A stretch of DNA of 64,000 bases, taken from positions 372,001-436,000 of the forward strand of contig CP145416.1 of NCBI GenBank assembly GCA_036867785.1. Direction: 5' to 3'. Below, piece after piece: positions 37,294 to 50,350 of the stretch. This stretch comes from Plasmodiophora brassicae. Taxonomy: Eukaryota. Every line of letters starts with the position of its first letter. The stretch's first letter is position 1. The position numbers were made by a program, and so were the translations under genes. A model generated the notes under the pieces. That model saw nothing but the letters and a program-made list of their open reading frames with translations. It made no database searches and was not told the origin of the DNA.

Positions 37294-38763
37294 TTAGTCG
37301 ATGAAGCCTTCGCTTTGGAACGCAGCCCGGATCAGGTGCTCAGTGACTTCTGCGAATACCTTCTTGACGTTATCGGGATCGACCTGGTTAGGCGGTCAGT
37401 TCAGCGGTGCCCGATGACTGCGATCAGCGTTGCAAGCGTACCGCGGTGGTGAACACAGTGTACAGTCGTTTGTCGGGACGCCCGATGGACTTGAAACCGT
37501 CCCGGGCAACATCTTCGAACATCTTCTTGATATGGGCTGACGCCGACTCCAACGATCCATCTCCGGTATACCCGGGGACGTAATTCCCAAAGGGGATCGC
37601 CTTGAGTTTCTCTTGGAACAGATCTGTACCATCCAGCATGCACTCAGACCCAGCAATACTCGCTGGCGAATGCCCGCCCTCTACCTGTCTTATTGAAGAA
37701 AACGATGATCTGGCGTTTCGAGGATGTCAGTGGAAGGGTCTCACGCGATGACGACCGACTTCGCTTACCCCTGGGTCGCCCAACGCTGGGTTCCGACACA
37801 GGTCACCGAACACGGTCAGCGACTCGCTAATACGGTTCGTGCTGTTGTCCTCCCAGCACGTTTGGTCGTATTCTGCAACGTGTCGCGTGTCGGCAAACTC
37901 AACGATAGGGTGCGAAACACGATGAACGTACCCGATACGGCAACGACGAACACAACGGAGCTCACGTCGCCGAACTGCGATATCCATTTCCTACGTTCGC
38001 TACGCTGGCCTCCGACGTCCACGATGCGGAACACTGACCCGGGCGCACGTCAGAATACGTGCAGGCCACGGGACCATGTGTTCGCCCGTCGAACTGACTC
38101 TGGTTCTTCAGCGTGATCTTCTGGTCCAGGATGCCTGTCGTGCGCACACGAAAATGCACGAGGTCGACGTCGTCCGGGCGCCAGTTCGCCTGGGCGACCT
38201 TGTCGACCTGCTGCATGAAATACTCGACATGGTTGCCCAGGTGGAAGATCTTCCGCTTCTCGTAGACCTGCCGTCATCCGTCAGTGCAATGGTGGCACAG
38301 CCGTCGCGACAACGTGATGTACCCTCTTGATGTTGCTGTCGTTCCAGAATCGCGACAACGTCGACGCTACGTCCGATGTGAAGGTCGCGGGAGGGCTAAC
38401 CGACCATTGCTGGACGGTTTCGACGATCGCGTTTGTCGATTCCGGCAGCATTAACGGTGCGCTTTCGTCCTCGAACGCGGTCAGGACCGCCGGATTCGTC
38501 GTAGCCTGCGCGATACGGACGGCGTCCTCGATGAGCATCGTATGAATCGTTTCCGCGAACCCGGTCAGTTCAGCGGCCGTGTAGGAGCCGCCATGAAGGA
38601 TTCGCAACTGTCGGTAGAAGGTGCTCTTGCCACTTTCGCCCGTCCCGAGGAACAGGACCACTGGGCAGGACGCGCCCGCCTGGGCGACCTTGATCTCCTT
38701 CGTGATCTTCGCGTTGCGCGACCGCTCCTCATCCCGAGAGCCGCCCCCACGACAGCATTTCAT
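37294..38763 (-). CDS. Heterotrimeric G protein alpha subunit (copy 2)
   Basis: [62 protein letters not shown]. Confidence 0.92.
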
Positions 38764-38944
38764 CGTGGCCTACGTGGCTAGTTGAAGGGTAAGCCCATCC
38801 AACGCGTCCTCGGCTTCCCGACCGCAAGACGAAATTAGACAGGTACCCTTATTGGTGGACGATCGATCGCTCCTTAAACTAGGTATGAACCTGTATATAT
38901 AAACGTGTATCCATTATGCGTCGGCCTTGTCAGCGCACGATGTC

Positions 38945-41430
38945 TCATCGTTTATTCTTCAGGCGTGCTTGACGGCACCGGACAGCCAAGGCCTTGATGC
39001 GGGCGATACAGGCCCCCGACTTGACAATCCGAACGGGAATCGAAGCGAATTCGTCACCTGTGTCGCCCTGTTCCGCTTGCCAGTAGAAAACGACAACGGC
39101 GTCGTCGTCTTTCCACTTTGTTATCCTTGACAGAGTATGCAGAGCATGCTTATAAATTACCCTGGCCTGGTCGGTGCCGGCATTACTTATCGCCCTGACT
39201 AGACGAGAAAGGCGTGATTACCTTGGATGGATCTTGTTTTCGTTGCTCCAGACAGAGGACGTATCCGGAAGACAGGGCGACTAGGCATGGAGACCACTCC
39301 TCAGTGTTGGAGTTGTGGAGTTCCGATCCATCATAGGTGGCTCGGAACATGCTGACATCACCACCAGCGCAAAGCGTCGTCAAATCCAGATCGCATGACG
39401 CTTCGACGTGTTCGGCAGTGGGTTCTTCATTGGGTGGGGTTGCAGCGTCTGACGATTTCCTCCGTTCCCAAATCATATCGTACACCGATCGAAGACTGAG
39501 TCGATGCTGAGCCTGGTCGGACGCTTTCAAGGCCAGTATCAGTAGTGTTAGGAGGTGCACAGGCATGTCCATACCTGATGGCTCTGGTGATATACATTCC
39601 CGACAGGTCGACTTGTCGTGGTCGACAATATGTAATGCGAACGTTGGCTGATGGTGTGCACTCTTGTCAACAAGGGCTTTATGGACGGCACGAAACCCTC
39701 CAGCGCAGACGCTAACGTGAGCGATGTTGTTCTGAAGAAGATGAAGGGCGACTCGATGCAGGATCACGTCATCATCGTCATGGCCACTTCCGATCAGACA
39801 GAAATGGGCGTCGCCCATTCCAGACAAAGAAATGATATAACTGAAGAACGATTCCGTGTCGTCGAGGAGTTGACGATCAAGAAGTACAGAGCACGGTAGA
39901 TGGCCGCTGTTGAACTCGGTCTCTGACCTCGCATCGAGCAACAACAGCTGAGGAATCGTTTCGTTTGGGATTAGCGAAACATACACCATGCCGTGTCTCC
40001 CTCGATTTACCTTGATATCATCGTCGCCGGTTATAGACGCAACAACGTCTAACGGTGCAATTGCCATACAAGGTATCGAGCACACGTGAAGCGTATCGGG
40101 GCTAAACAGTTCACGTCGAAAAGCCCTGGACGTCCTCTGGCTAAGTGCCAAGGCGTCCTCAACGATGGACGCAACGGATTCAGTTCCGAGGACGTCCGAG
40201 CAGATTGATGCCATGAGGCTTGGCAACTCGGCAACGTTGCAAGATATGATCGCGTCTTGTCGACTTTTGACAAGGGCGACTGCAATGAAAATGTACAAAG
40301 TCGGGTCATCCGCGTAGGCAAACAACGCATCCCTGAAACCGGAGATTTCGGTTCAGGGTGTGCAGACGACGCTCTGTTCTCGAGGCGTACCATAGGTCAG
40401 CGATAGTCAAAATCGATATTTGGCGTGCGAACAGTGTCAGGAACCACGAGGTCGCATACTGAGCAGGGTGCACTAGGTGAGTCTCCAGTTGACGCGAAAC
40501 CTGCTGAACAGGGTTGGCTATGCGATCACTTGAGCGCGGACCAGATGTTAACCTTGGGTAAATGATACAAGATGAGCTGTCCAAACTTGTCGAACATGAT
40601 AGCCAGTGCCTTGAAGTCGTCATCGTCGTAAAACCCTACCGGGGCAGCAGCTGTCAACCTAGGGCATCCGAGGACGCAGCGGGGATAGCCGATCACCTGG
40701 TAAGAATCTGTCGAGCATTGCAGAGAACATTGACAGTATGTCGTTGCGATGTGAGTCGGTATCTGGTTAACGCCGGTTAGTGAAGCAGGCTGAGTCGACC
40801 CTCGCAAGTCGCACCAGAATAAAACAAGAGTACAAGCGGTGCCAACAACTCATTCATGCCTTGCTTGTAGGCTATGTTTCTAGTCTTGCAATACTTCAAC
40901 AGAATTTCTGACATGACACCTAAAGTATGGTGTGAGACCACACCCAAACAAACAGGAAGCACAGGCTGACCTCTCGCCTCAGAGCAAATCTCATCCGCTC
41001 GGGTTCTAACCAGATCCTGAAACATCGTCTTCATCCAGGCCTTCTGGTTCGCGTCTGCCCCAAACATCACTTCATCATCGGCCTCCGACGACGCAGCCCG
41101 CATCGACTCGGCACCTTTCGGAACAGGGGGCCCGGACGACGACGACGCGGCCCTTCGCAAGATGGGCCGGGCACATAGCGACGTCTTCCAGGACCCCATC
41201 CGTCCATCGTCACCGGCCTGTACGTGTCGATTCCCGTGAGCCATCCAGCGCTACCGACCGCCGGTGCAGCACAGCTCCAGAGAATAACTTTGACTGTACG
41301 ACGACTTCCTGCCAGTACGTACAACACATTGCTGGACCGCACGTTACAGTGAGGGACCGTTTTAGGAACGCCCCGCCCCGTGTGGGTGCAACCAACGCGA
41401 GATTACTCGGGCTCGCGGCCTGAAACATGA
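38945..41430 (-). CDS. TBC1D23: TBC + rhodanese protein, TBC1D23-like (start uncertain)
   Basis: ILLKYCKTRNIAYKQGMNELLAPL, YATSWFLTLFAR, rhodanese LLDARSETEFNSGHLP..VSVCAGGF, PH-like C-terminus. Confidence 0.8.
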
Positions 41431-41574
41431 CTGGGGCAAATGTCCGACGGGCAAGGCGATGCAAGAGTGGTTGCCGCGACGCTGCTGCTGGAAACAGTCC
41501 AGGAATGTTCCTGGTTTCCGACAGATCCGGCGCGCGCCATCGCAATTCGCAATTCGCACCGCCACAAAAATACC

Positions 41575-42341
41575 ATGGCGGCGCTCTGGGTCGTGGCAAG
41601 TGTCTTGTCCTGGGTGTCTGTCGCCGCCTTCATGGGACCGCCTCCGCGACCCGATGTTGACACTGGCCGGCCCATGTCTGACGAGGTCCACGAGTCTCCA
41701 CGATCGACACAAAAGAAGATGGATCCATTCGAACATTACTGCGCAGGTCCTGCGAACCCACGTTCGTGCCTGTCGATCGAGCTGACGCGGATGAATATGT
41801 TAGGGTGCAATTATGTGGTCGACCAGATCGAGAAAGAGATCCTCGCGACGCCTGACAAGCGTTACGTTCTGAGTAGATTTCGTCTAGACGAGAAGAAGGA
41901 AATTCTTTACGGTACGGTGACAGATATCAGGCGTGCGATCAAACTGTCTCACGACCTTGCTCTCATATAGAGCGTACGGAGGAACGCATCGAGGAAGTTA
42001 TAGAATCTGTCTGCGACCCTATCAGGAAACGTGTTTTCCGAAAGCTAAGCGACGCACTAGTTGAAGTGGTCGATGACCCTGAGACGCAAGTACCGGGTGG
42101 GAAGCGTTTGGCAAATAGTTTGCACGCGACCTGCCAGCATATAGTTAGGAAATTCGAGGACGAACTTACCCTCATCTTCCATCGCAATCCACCTGATTTT
42201 AAAGCAAGGATTTGTGGCGACATTGTCAAAGGTGATACGCAGATTATTCACCACCTCTTCTAGTGCGACTGACTGGCGGTATTTACAGCGTGCAAACCGT
42301 CACCTGGATCTGAGTCGGGAAACGAAAAAGCAGAACTCTGA
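41575..42341 (+). CDS. Canopy/CNPY (DUF3456 saposin-like) ER protein
   Basis: Signal peptide; C..VVDQIEKEI..RFRLD..YERTEERIEEVIESVCD; L..TCQHIV..FEDEL..ICG; spliced C-terminus ..NEKAEL*. Confidence 0.75.
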
Positions 42342-42741
42342 ACAATGAAACAAGCCCTGTGCTTATTGGATCTTGACCATTGTACTAGTGTGAGCGAGAC
42401 AGATGCCAATCATAAGCGTACACTGCTCGCTATGGGCTCCTGCACAGGACGCCTGCGCGCCAGGACGATTTATTTTACCTGTGTAGACCTCTTGCATAAC
42501 ACCATTGATGCCATTGTACAAAATTGTATGCCAAGGCATGAGGCATGCATTCGTGGGCTATGTGAAGAATCGGTGCAGCGGACACTGTAGGTCGTGCCGC
42601 CGTAGCCTCTGATGAGGTGCAGAGGGCGTAGGTGGGCGCGCACACAGGCGTCCTGGATTTTTGGCGGGATTTTGCCTTGCGGTGGCGCAGAATTGAAATC
42701 GCCCGTGGGGATGCGGTCGGCTTGATCATCGCTACAGCCAG

Positions 42742-45700
42742 ATGGAGTCAGGGACGAACGCGAACGAAACCTCCGTCCGTGTGGCGGTCCGTGTACGTGA
42801 GCACGACGGCGAGATGTGGGTCCTGCAATGCTAAATGCTTGGGCAGATCCGGCCGCTGCTGGGCAGCGAGCGTGTCCAGGAGTGCCGCGAGTGCGTTCGC
42901 CGGGAAAGCCTGACACAGATCGTCCTTGGGGATCAGCGCCTGTTCTCGTACGATTTCTGTTTTGGCCAGGGCACGCAACAGAGTGAAATGTATGAAAAAT
43001 GTATCGACCCTCTGCTGGCCAGCTTCATCCAAGGATTCAACTCGACAGTCATGGCGTATGGACAAACGGTAGACCCAAGAGAGTCGAGATTCTGGATATT
43101 TTGACTCTGAACGTCGTGAACCCAGGGTAGTGGCAAGTCCCATACAATGGGGACCGAGAGCACAGGTCTCTCGACGCCTGCTGAGGAGAAAGGCATCGTC
43201 CCACGCGTAATTCATGCATTGTTTAAGCATATCCAAGATAATTCGAGCCCAACGCTGGAGTACACTGTTCGATGCAGGTCCGTTATCATCCGACAGAACC
43301 GCGCACAACGGACTGATCAGATGGGAAATAGTTTCCTGGAGATCTACAACGAAGATCTACGCGACCTTCTTGACCAGGCAAATCCATTCAAATCGATTTC
43401 CATTCGCGAAACGCCAAATGGTGAAGTTGTACCCTTTGGCATCGTCGAACGTGTCGTGCATAATGCACAAGAATTGTTAACGTATGGCGCGTGGTTCCGA
43501 CTCACGATGTTTAGTTGATAACCGTCAACTTAATAGATGCCTTGAAGATGGAAGCGTCCACAGGTCCACGGGATCAACATTGATGAACGTGCGTTATTTG
43601 CTCCTGACCTAGTGGTGCTGACACTAACTTGGGTTTAGGCTCACTCAAGCCGCTCGCACGCCATATTTTCCGTCTCCTTGACCCAGAGACGCGTTGTGGC
43701 CGCGCCCGCTATAGAAAACGGTAACTAGGCCTTTCCGGAATCGCAGATTTCCCTGCTGATGTCTGTGTGCTGCAGTTGAGGACGCTGCTGACAGCGCTCA
43801 GGAGCAAGCAGAGTTCATCACGTCGAAGTTCAGCTTTGTCGACCTAGCTGGCAGTGAGCGTTTGAAGAAAACTGGTGCAGTCGGCGAGCGGCGACGAGAA
43901 GGGATAAATATCAATTGTGGCCTGTTGGCCCTGGGAAACGTGATATCTGCACTTGGTGATCCGAATCGCAAAGGCTCGCATGTCCCGTTTCGAGACAGCA
44001 AGATAACGCGTCTACTGCAAGACTCCCTTGGCGGGAATTCTAAAACGCTCAGTAAGGGTTCTAAGGGTCTACAGTATTCGCATTTTTAACCCTCTACATA
44101 GTGGTCGCGTGCGTGTCTCCTGCTGACGTCCACTTCGAAGAAACACTGAACACGTTGCGTTACGCTGCCCGAGCGAGGAACATTATTAATAAGCCCATCA
44201 TCGGCAGGGACCCCAATTCAAAGAAACTCGAGGTTAACAGTGCCGTTCGGATGTGGACGTGTCGTGTTGTAACGGGTTCTTCGCAGCTCTACCGACAAAG
44301 GATCATGCAACTTGAATCTGCTCTTGCCAAATTCGGCATCGATGCGTCGACTGTAACTGGGACGGCAGACGATCCATTTGCTCCCGATAAAGACACTGCG
44401 TCGTCGATGCCTGTCGAAACGAAGGATGACCTATGTGCGCAAATCAATGAGCTTCGAGCGGAGAATGCTGTCCTGGATGCTGAAGGTACGCTACGCCTGA
44501 TTACTGAACGCGCCCTGAAATTGAACTAACCGTGCTCGTCAGTCCTTCGACTAATGGAAGTCGTCAAAGTGGACCGACGAACGCTTGCCGATGTGGTTAG
44601 CAGAGAGCGGGAGGCCATCACCCAAAAGAATGCAATTCATAACCTTCTTCAAACTGTTGCCTATCAAGTAAGGGCTCCCCACGATCTGCAATTAGCGACT
44701 GACGAGCATCTGAAGGTGGAAGAGTCTGGCTCTGTCAACCCCGAGACGTGTGCAGAGATATCGCAATTACTTGAGGCTGGTGTATCCGAGTCCCCAGTGG
44801 TGCATGCAACAACAGTTGACAAGGACCATATCGGGAGCTCTATCACACCTGACATCCCCGTTTCTGAAACCGATACCCAGGTAGCATTCTCTCGCGCGTC
44901 AACTACAGAACCGCAGGTATTGCCGAATACTGATTCTTCGTTTGCCTGCCTTGTACGTGCTCACTCACTGGCATCAGTCGGATTCTGACTCAGAAATTGA
45001 GAACGAGGTTGACGAGCTTGAAGTGATCAAGAAAAGAAAAGATCGCGAGTTCAGAAGAATGAACGAGCAGAATGCCCGAACACTTCGGCGATTTGATGCC
45101 GACATTGATCACAAGAGCGCACTGATTGAACAATTACTGAAGAGCAAACAACAAGCTGAAACTCTAAGGTATGGCCGCATCACCAGTGTTGCTCGTCAAT
45201 AACAAACAGTGTTTCAGGCAGCGATATGAAGCGAAGATAGCGGAGATGGAGACTCGTGTTCGGATGACACAGCAGGAGCGGGATAAGGTTCTGAATTCGA
45301 TCTCTCTGTCCAAAACGTCGTCTCAGGAGGAGGTTTGACCTGCTGGCTGTGCTTATTAATGGGCTGGCTGATTTGTCACGTAGGTTGATGCGGTGAAAGC
45401 GGAGTTTCAGTCGAAACTCGTCTCTTTGACTGTAAACTTGGCGCCTCTTACGCGTCCTTGAGGGTCCCTTAACCAAGATACTACAGGTGCAATTGCAAGA
45501 TCTGCGACGAAAGTACAAAGAGAATGAACGCATTCTTCGTTCGCGACCAAGAGAAGAATCCCAGATTGTTGCTCTCCGTGAAGATATATCCCGCATCAAG
45601 AAGCAACGGGTAGAGCTGCGGTCATCAGTAATTCAGCAGTGAATTTAAAGTTACCCAGGTCGCCCTGCAGCGGCAAATGAAAGACGAGGCCGACAAACAC

Positions 45701-47426
45701 AGATGCTGGATGATCGAACATCAACGACAGGTGGCGGGCCTTCAAAAGCAGCTGCGGAAAGACACTGTCGAGATTGGTTAGAAGCGAGCTGTACAATGCA
45801 ATACCGTTTTGACGGTAAATGTGATAGGCCGAATGCATGCGAAGTTGCACCAGCAAGGCCTGGTAATGAAGATCAAGACTGAGAGGGCAAACGTCCTCCA
45901 ACGGGAGCTCTCCGATGTCAAACGTCGTATGACCGGGTTGACGAAGAAAGCAGGGTCGCGTGGAACATCTACTGTCAACATCAACGTCAAGAGTGCGGTT
46001 CGTCGACTTGTCAGCGCCGCTGTCCAAGCAAGGTTTGCAGCGCATGCTCATAGGGAAGCGTTTGAAGACGTCCTGACCTTGAGCTTAGGGAAATGGCAGT
46101 TCAAAAGGAGCGCCTGGAGCAAAGGCAGCGCGAGCTGATTGCAGAACTGGAGCATGCAACCTCTGGGCAGGAGGCGCAGGACTCGGTCGACCCTGAGGTT
46201 GCGGAGACTGTGGACAACGTCCGGACACAGCTTGAGTTTGTCAAATCCAAGGTGAGGTGTGCACGCACGTGATCCCAATTGATATTGAGTTCGGCTTAGC
46301 TGTCCGAAATTGACTCCGCTTCACGGCGCATGGCCCCAAGCAAGCGGAGGGGCAAGAACCAAGCCGACACATCATTCTTTGGCGACGAGGTGCTGCAGCG
46401 AATCGGCGTCCCGCCGGATAATCCTGCCAACCTTCGCGGGCTTGCAGTATATCTCATCAATCAGGCTGTCGGGCAGCGGGCCAATCGAACAGCGCATCGT
46501 CGACGAATTGACGAGCTTGAATCGGAAATCATGCAATTGCAGGTCAGCAAAGCAGTCGCCGCCGTCTACAGCGAGGCACTCAGTCGTCAACGTTATAGTC
46601 AGAGAATGAATCTCTTGCTGCTCGCCTCGAAGTCGTCCAGCGGGAATCCGACCGTCGTCTTATGACCGTTGAAAAGGACCATGTACGTGAAGTGCAGGTT
46701 AGTTGGCGTCCGACACAATATCTTGATGGGGGTGTTAACTGGATCCTAGGCGATCCTCGGCACTGATCTCGATGACGAAAACGTCAAAAGTGAACGAGAC
46801 AGTATCCGTGAACTGGAGACCCAGCTGTCGCAGGCCAAGCTACAACAATCGAGGCTTCTCAGTCCAATCGCTGAACATGTTTGTGTTTGTATGCTGATCC
46901 GCTGGGTGTTTCTGTTCGGTGACAATCGTGGTTCAGCCTCCTCCCCCGCGCAGATCTCGGCGAATCGTTCGTATGCAGGGTCTCGACGAGAGTTCTATTT
47001 CGGAGTTACCTCCCCGCCCTGGCTCACGTTCTTCTAAGAAACCGGCAACAGCGCCTGCACCGGAAGCGTCGACGCCGTACCGCCGAGTACAGGCTGGTGA
47101 TGATGACTGTGATGTATGCACAGCCGACCTGTCTGTATTACCCTTATCTGCAGCCCGCTAATCCGTTCCCTCAGAGTACACCGGCCGAGTGCTGGACGCC
47201 TTCCATGCAGTCTACTGGGGAGAAACGAAACGTTCTGGATCGCCTGACGGATACGTCCTTGTTTACAGGGACGTCTCGTTATCCAGTCCGTCGATCCCGG
47301 AAACAGTTTTCCCCTGATGCTCCTCAAGATGAAGACGTCAATCCGAACCGCCTCGTGCCCGAATCGTCGTCCGAGAGCTCGAAGTACTCGTTCGACAGGG
47401 CCAAGTTCGAAGGCAGCGTGCGATAA
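42742..47426 (+). CDS. Kinesin-4-like motor (KIF4/KIF21/KIF27 group) with long coiled coil
   Basis: [82 protein letters not shown]. Confidence 0.92.
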
Positions 47427-47699
47427 GTACGTTGGGGGATGCGATAAACCATAATTATACAGTAATTCCTTCTATTGAGGTTCCTTCTAATAAGTTATGG
47501 ATGCTAAATGAGACCTCTATATTCATGCCCCAGAGTCCTGGAACGACTGAACGCATTTCAGGTTCGACATAGAGGTGACGGTATCTGCAAAGGTAGGTGG
47601 AGATTCGTGACGCGCTGTTCAGGACTGATAGCTTGTCAGAGACGACCAGACGCGCCGTCGTAACCGTTGCTGCCGCTCAGACTGCTGCGGGCACGTGCT

Positions 47700-47910
47700 G
47701 TGCGTTCTGCGCGTACCCAGTACTCGACGCGCCGTCGCAACTCCGACAATCTCCATCTAAACGCATCTCCCTGCATGGCGGCCGGTTTCGCGAGGCTTGT
47801 AGCGAATGCTCGTACGACGAAGGCTGGTCCAAAGGTCACTTGCGCTGCACGAATGCGTCGTTTGATCTGATAGTCGAGATGGTGTCGGAGTACTGGCACC
47901 TCGAGAACGA
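47700..47910 (+). pseudogene. Possible PIF/Harbinger-like transposase N-terminal remnant
   Basis: FREACSECSYDEGWSKGHLRCTNASFDLIVEMV recalls the W F..HLR.T..SF..IV motif of DDE_Tnp_4 N-termini; no catalytic domain follows. Confidence 0.35.
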
Positions 47911-49300
47911 CCCGACCAAGGGGAACGCTGGATTCTTCGGGAGTCTATGTCCAGTGTTGGATCCATGCCATCTGGGAATCCACAGACATCCTCGAAACCA
48001 TCGGCAATCCGTCGCCGCTCTTCACGCGTGGATGGCACGTAAACGAAGCGCTTGCGACGGTAGTTGTTGATTGATTCCAGGAGTTACTCCCAGTGAACCT
48101 CGTCGCAGGCGCCTTGCTCATCGCAGACATGGATCCGACACTGGACATAGGTTCAGATTGTTCTAGGTTGTGCAGTGCCACTCAAATGCCTTTGATACGT
48201 TCGCGCTTCGTGACTGCATTGCGTTCGGGAACGATCTTCTCCTCGCCATCACTATGCCCAGGCGCGTATTTTCAGCGACCTGCTTCGTGTATTGATGTCG
48301 AAGCTACATCCTGCAAATACGTTTTGGTTCGTTCGCGCTGCATGACTGCATTGCATTCGGGAACGATGGTAATACCCCGGAACTGAATTCGGAACAACCA
48401 CCAGTCGGGATCAGAGATACAGGTACAGCCGACAGTGCTTTTGTAACGGTACAAGCAAACAGAGATGCTGCCCGGGTCGCCGGCGCCGGTACCGGAACGC
48501 CCACTAACTCCTGTACATGTTGATGCGGGACTACCGGTCGGATGATGAAGCACTGGGTAGCAAATGGCTTGGACGTCGCTGAGCGCACGAGAATGCCGCG
48601 TTCGACTCCAAATGGATAGAGACGTTAGTTCGTCCACGGCTGCCGCACGTCGTGTTCTGATCACGAAGTGGGTCGATCGGCGACTCCTAGGAGACGCTCT
48701 GCCGTGAGGGCATGATGCACCGCTACAAGGATTACACTTTGTGTCACCTAAGCGATTCACCATTGACCTGGAGTCCGAGTCTGTGATCGAAAACACCAGC
48801 ACTGGCGAGAGCATGGTTGATGACCGCGATTTCCCCAGCGACCCTGATAACGCGACAGACACAGAATAATCTCCTGACTTGGAACCTGATGCTGTCTTCT
48901 CCAAGCGGTCGTGCATCTTGCAACATGTCCTTGAAGATGACCACCAGGCTTTCAAGAGGAATGGGATACCCATGCAAGGTTGCACGAAGAGTTGCCACAG
49001 GTTGCGTTGCTTCGTTTGTACTGGCGCGACAGAACGACGAAATACTCCTGATATCTCGTGCACTTGCCGCGCCTAAACCGCTTCACACGTGACGTAACCA
49101 CCAAGTCGTTCAAATAAGACCCTGACCGCCTAGACCCTTTGTTGAAATTCGCGGGGTCTATGTCGGTCACGTAATTCATGTTGGCATGTGCGCTCATGGG
49201 GTGGGAAGCGCATCTATGTCCGGATGGGGCTCGATAATGGCTAACATGTAAATTTGAGGCCGCTGCATTGTATAATTCCAAAGACGAGCACTATAGCGGG

Positions 49301-50012
49301 TCATGCAGACTTCTTCGCGTACTTCATCGTCCACTCGCGGGCCGTCGCCAGCGCGCCATCCTCATTCGTTTTCCAGTGTTCGGCGACATCGTTGGCCAGC
49401 GGATCGAGCGGGTTCGGGCTGTCGAACACACTGTTATACGGACAGGAAAAGCAAACGCGGATAGCAACCCGGGTATACCTTTGGAGAAGGCACTGGATAG
49501 AGAGACATACGGATTTGATCTGCAGCGCTGGGCTCCACTTGTCCTTGAGAATGTCCAAGCAGATACGACCAAGTCGATCAATATTAGGGCTATTCATATA
49601 CACGATTCCAAATTGGCAACTGTCACTGTACGGCGATAAGTCGATCGCACTCACTGATACACTTTGGTCAGGAACCTGACTTTCGGGGGCGACATTGGGT
49701 CTGGGCCATGTGTCAGGGGCGCCGCTGATGGCGGTCGATAGCACAACGTACATGTATCTGGCAGGAACATTTCGATGCGGAACACTCCGCCGTAGTACGG
49801 CGTATCCTGAGGCCCTTCCATCTCAATGTGGAAATACCGCAGGTTGTTCTCGTCCGGAATGCAGACGATCCCCGGAACTGGCAGCGACGCACAACGTTTC
49901 AGCGCCCGTAGCGCGGCACAGCCAACGGGCGCGCATGCGTACCAGGCTCGTTCATCAGTCGCTGCGTCTCCTTGAGGATGCGCCGGGACAGCGCAGATCC
50001 GGCAGCGGCCAT
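49301..50012 (-). CDS. UBC13: Ubiquitin-conjugating enzyme E2 UBC13/UBE2N
   Basis: [66 protein letters not shown]. Confidence 0.95.
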
Positions 50013-50350
50013 GACGACGCTCGCTCGCGACCCCACACCGACCGGCTTCGGCCAACCCACGTTCCAAATGGGCCGGCCAGCGCAGTCCGTGGTGCGCTGC
50101 CGGCTGCTGCTCGCCGCTGGACGCAGACACAGCAGCGCGCCGCTGCCGGAATGGGCAACATCTGGACGCGTCTCCCGGAGTATTGGCGGCGTCAGCACCA
50201 AATTGGAGTCGTGCGGGGAAAATCCCGCCGCACTCGAATTGCGCCGCAACGGCTATCAGCAGGTAGCGGAAGCGCCAAGCGAGAGCTGACCCCTCGTTTC
50301 CCGATCCGGCGAACTCCGTCGGACGGCCAAACCGCGACTTGCTGCCCGTC

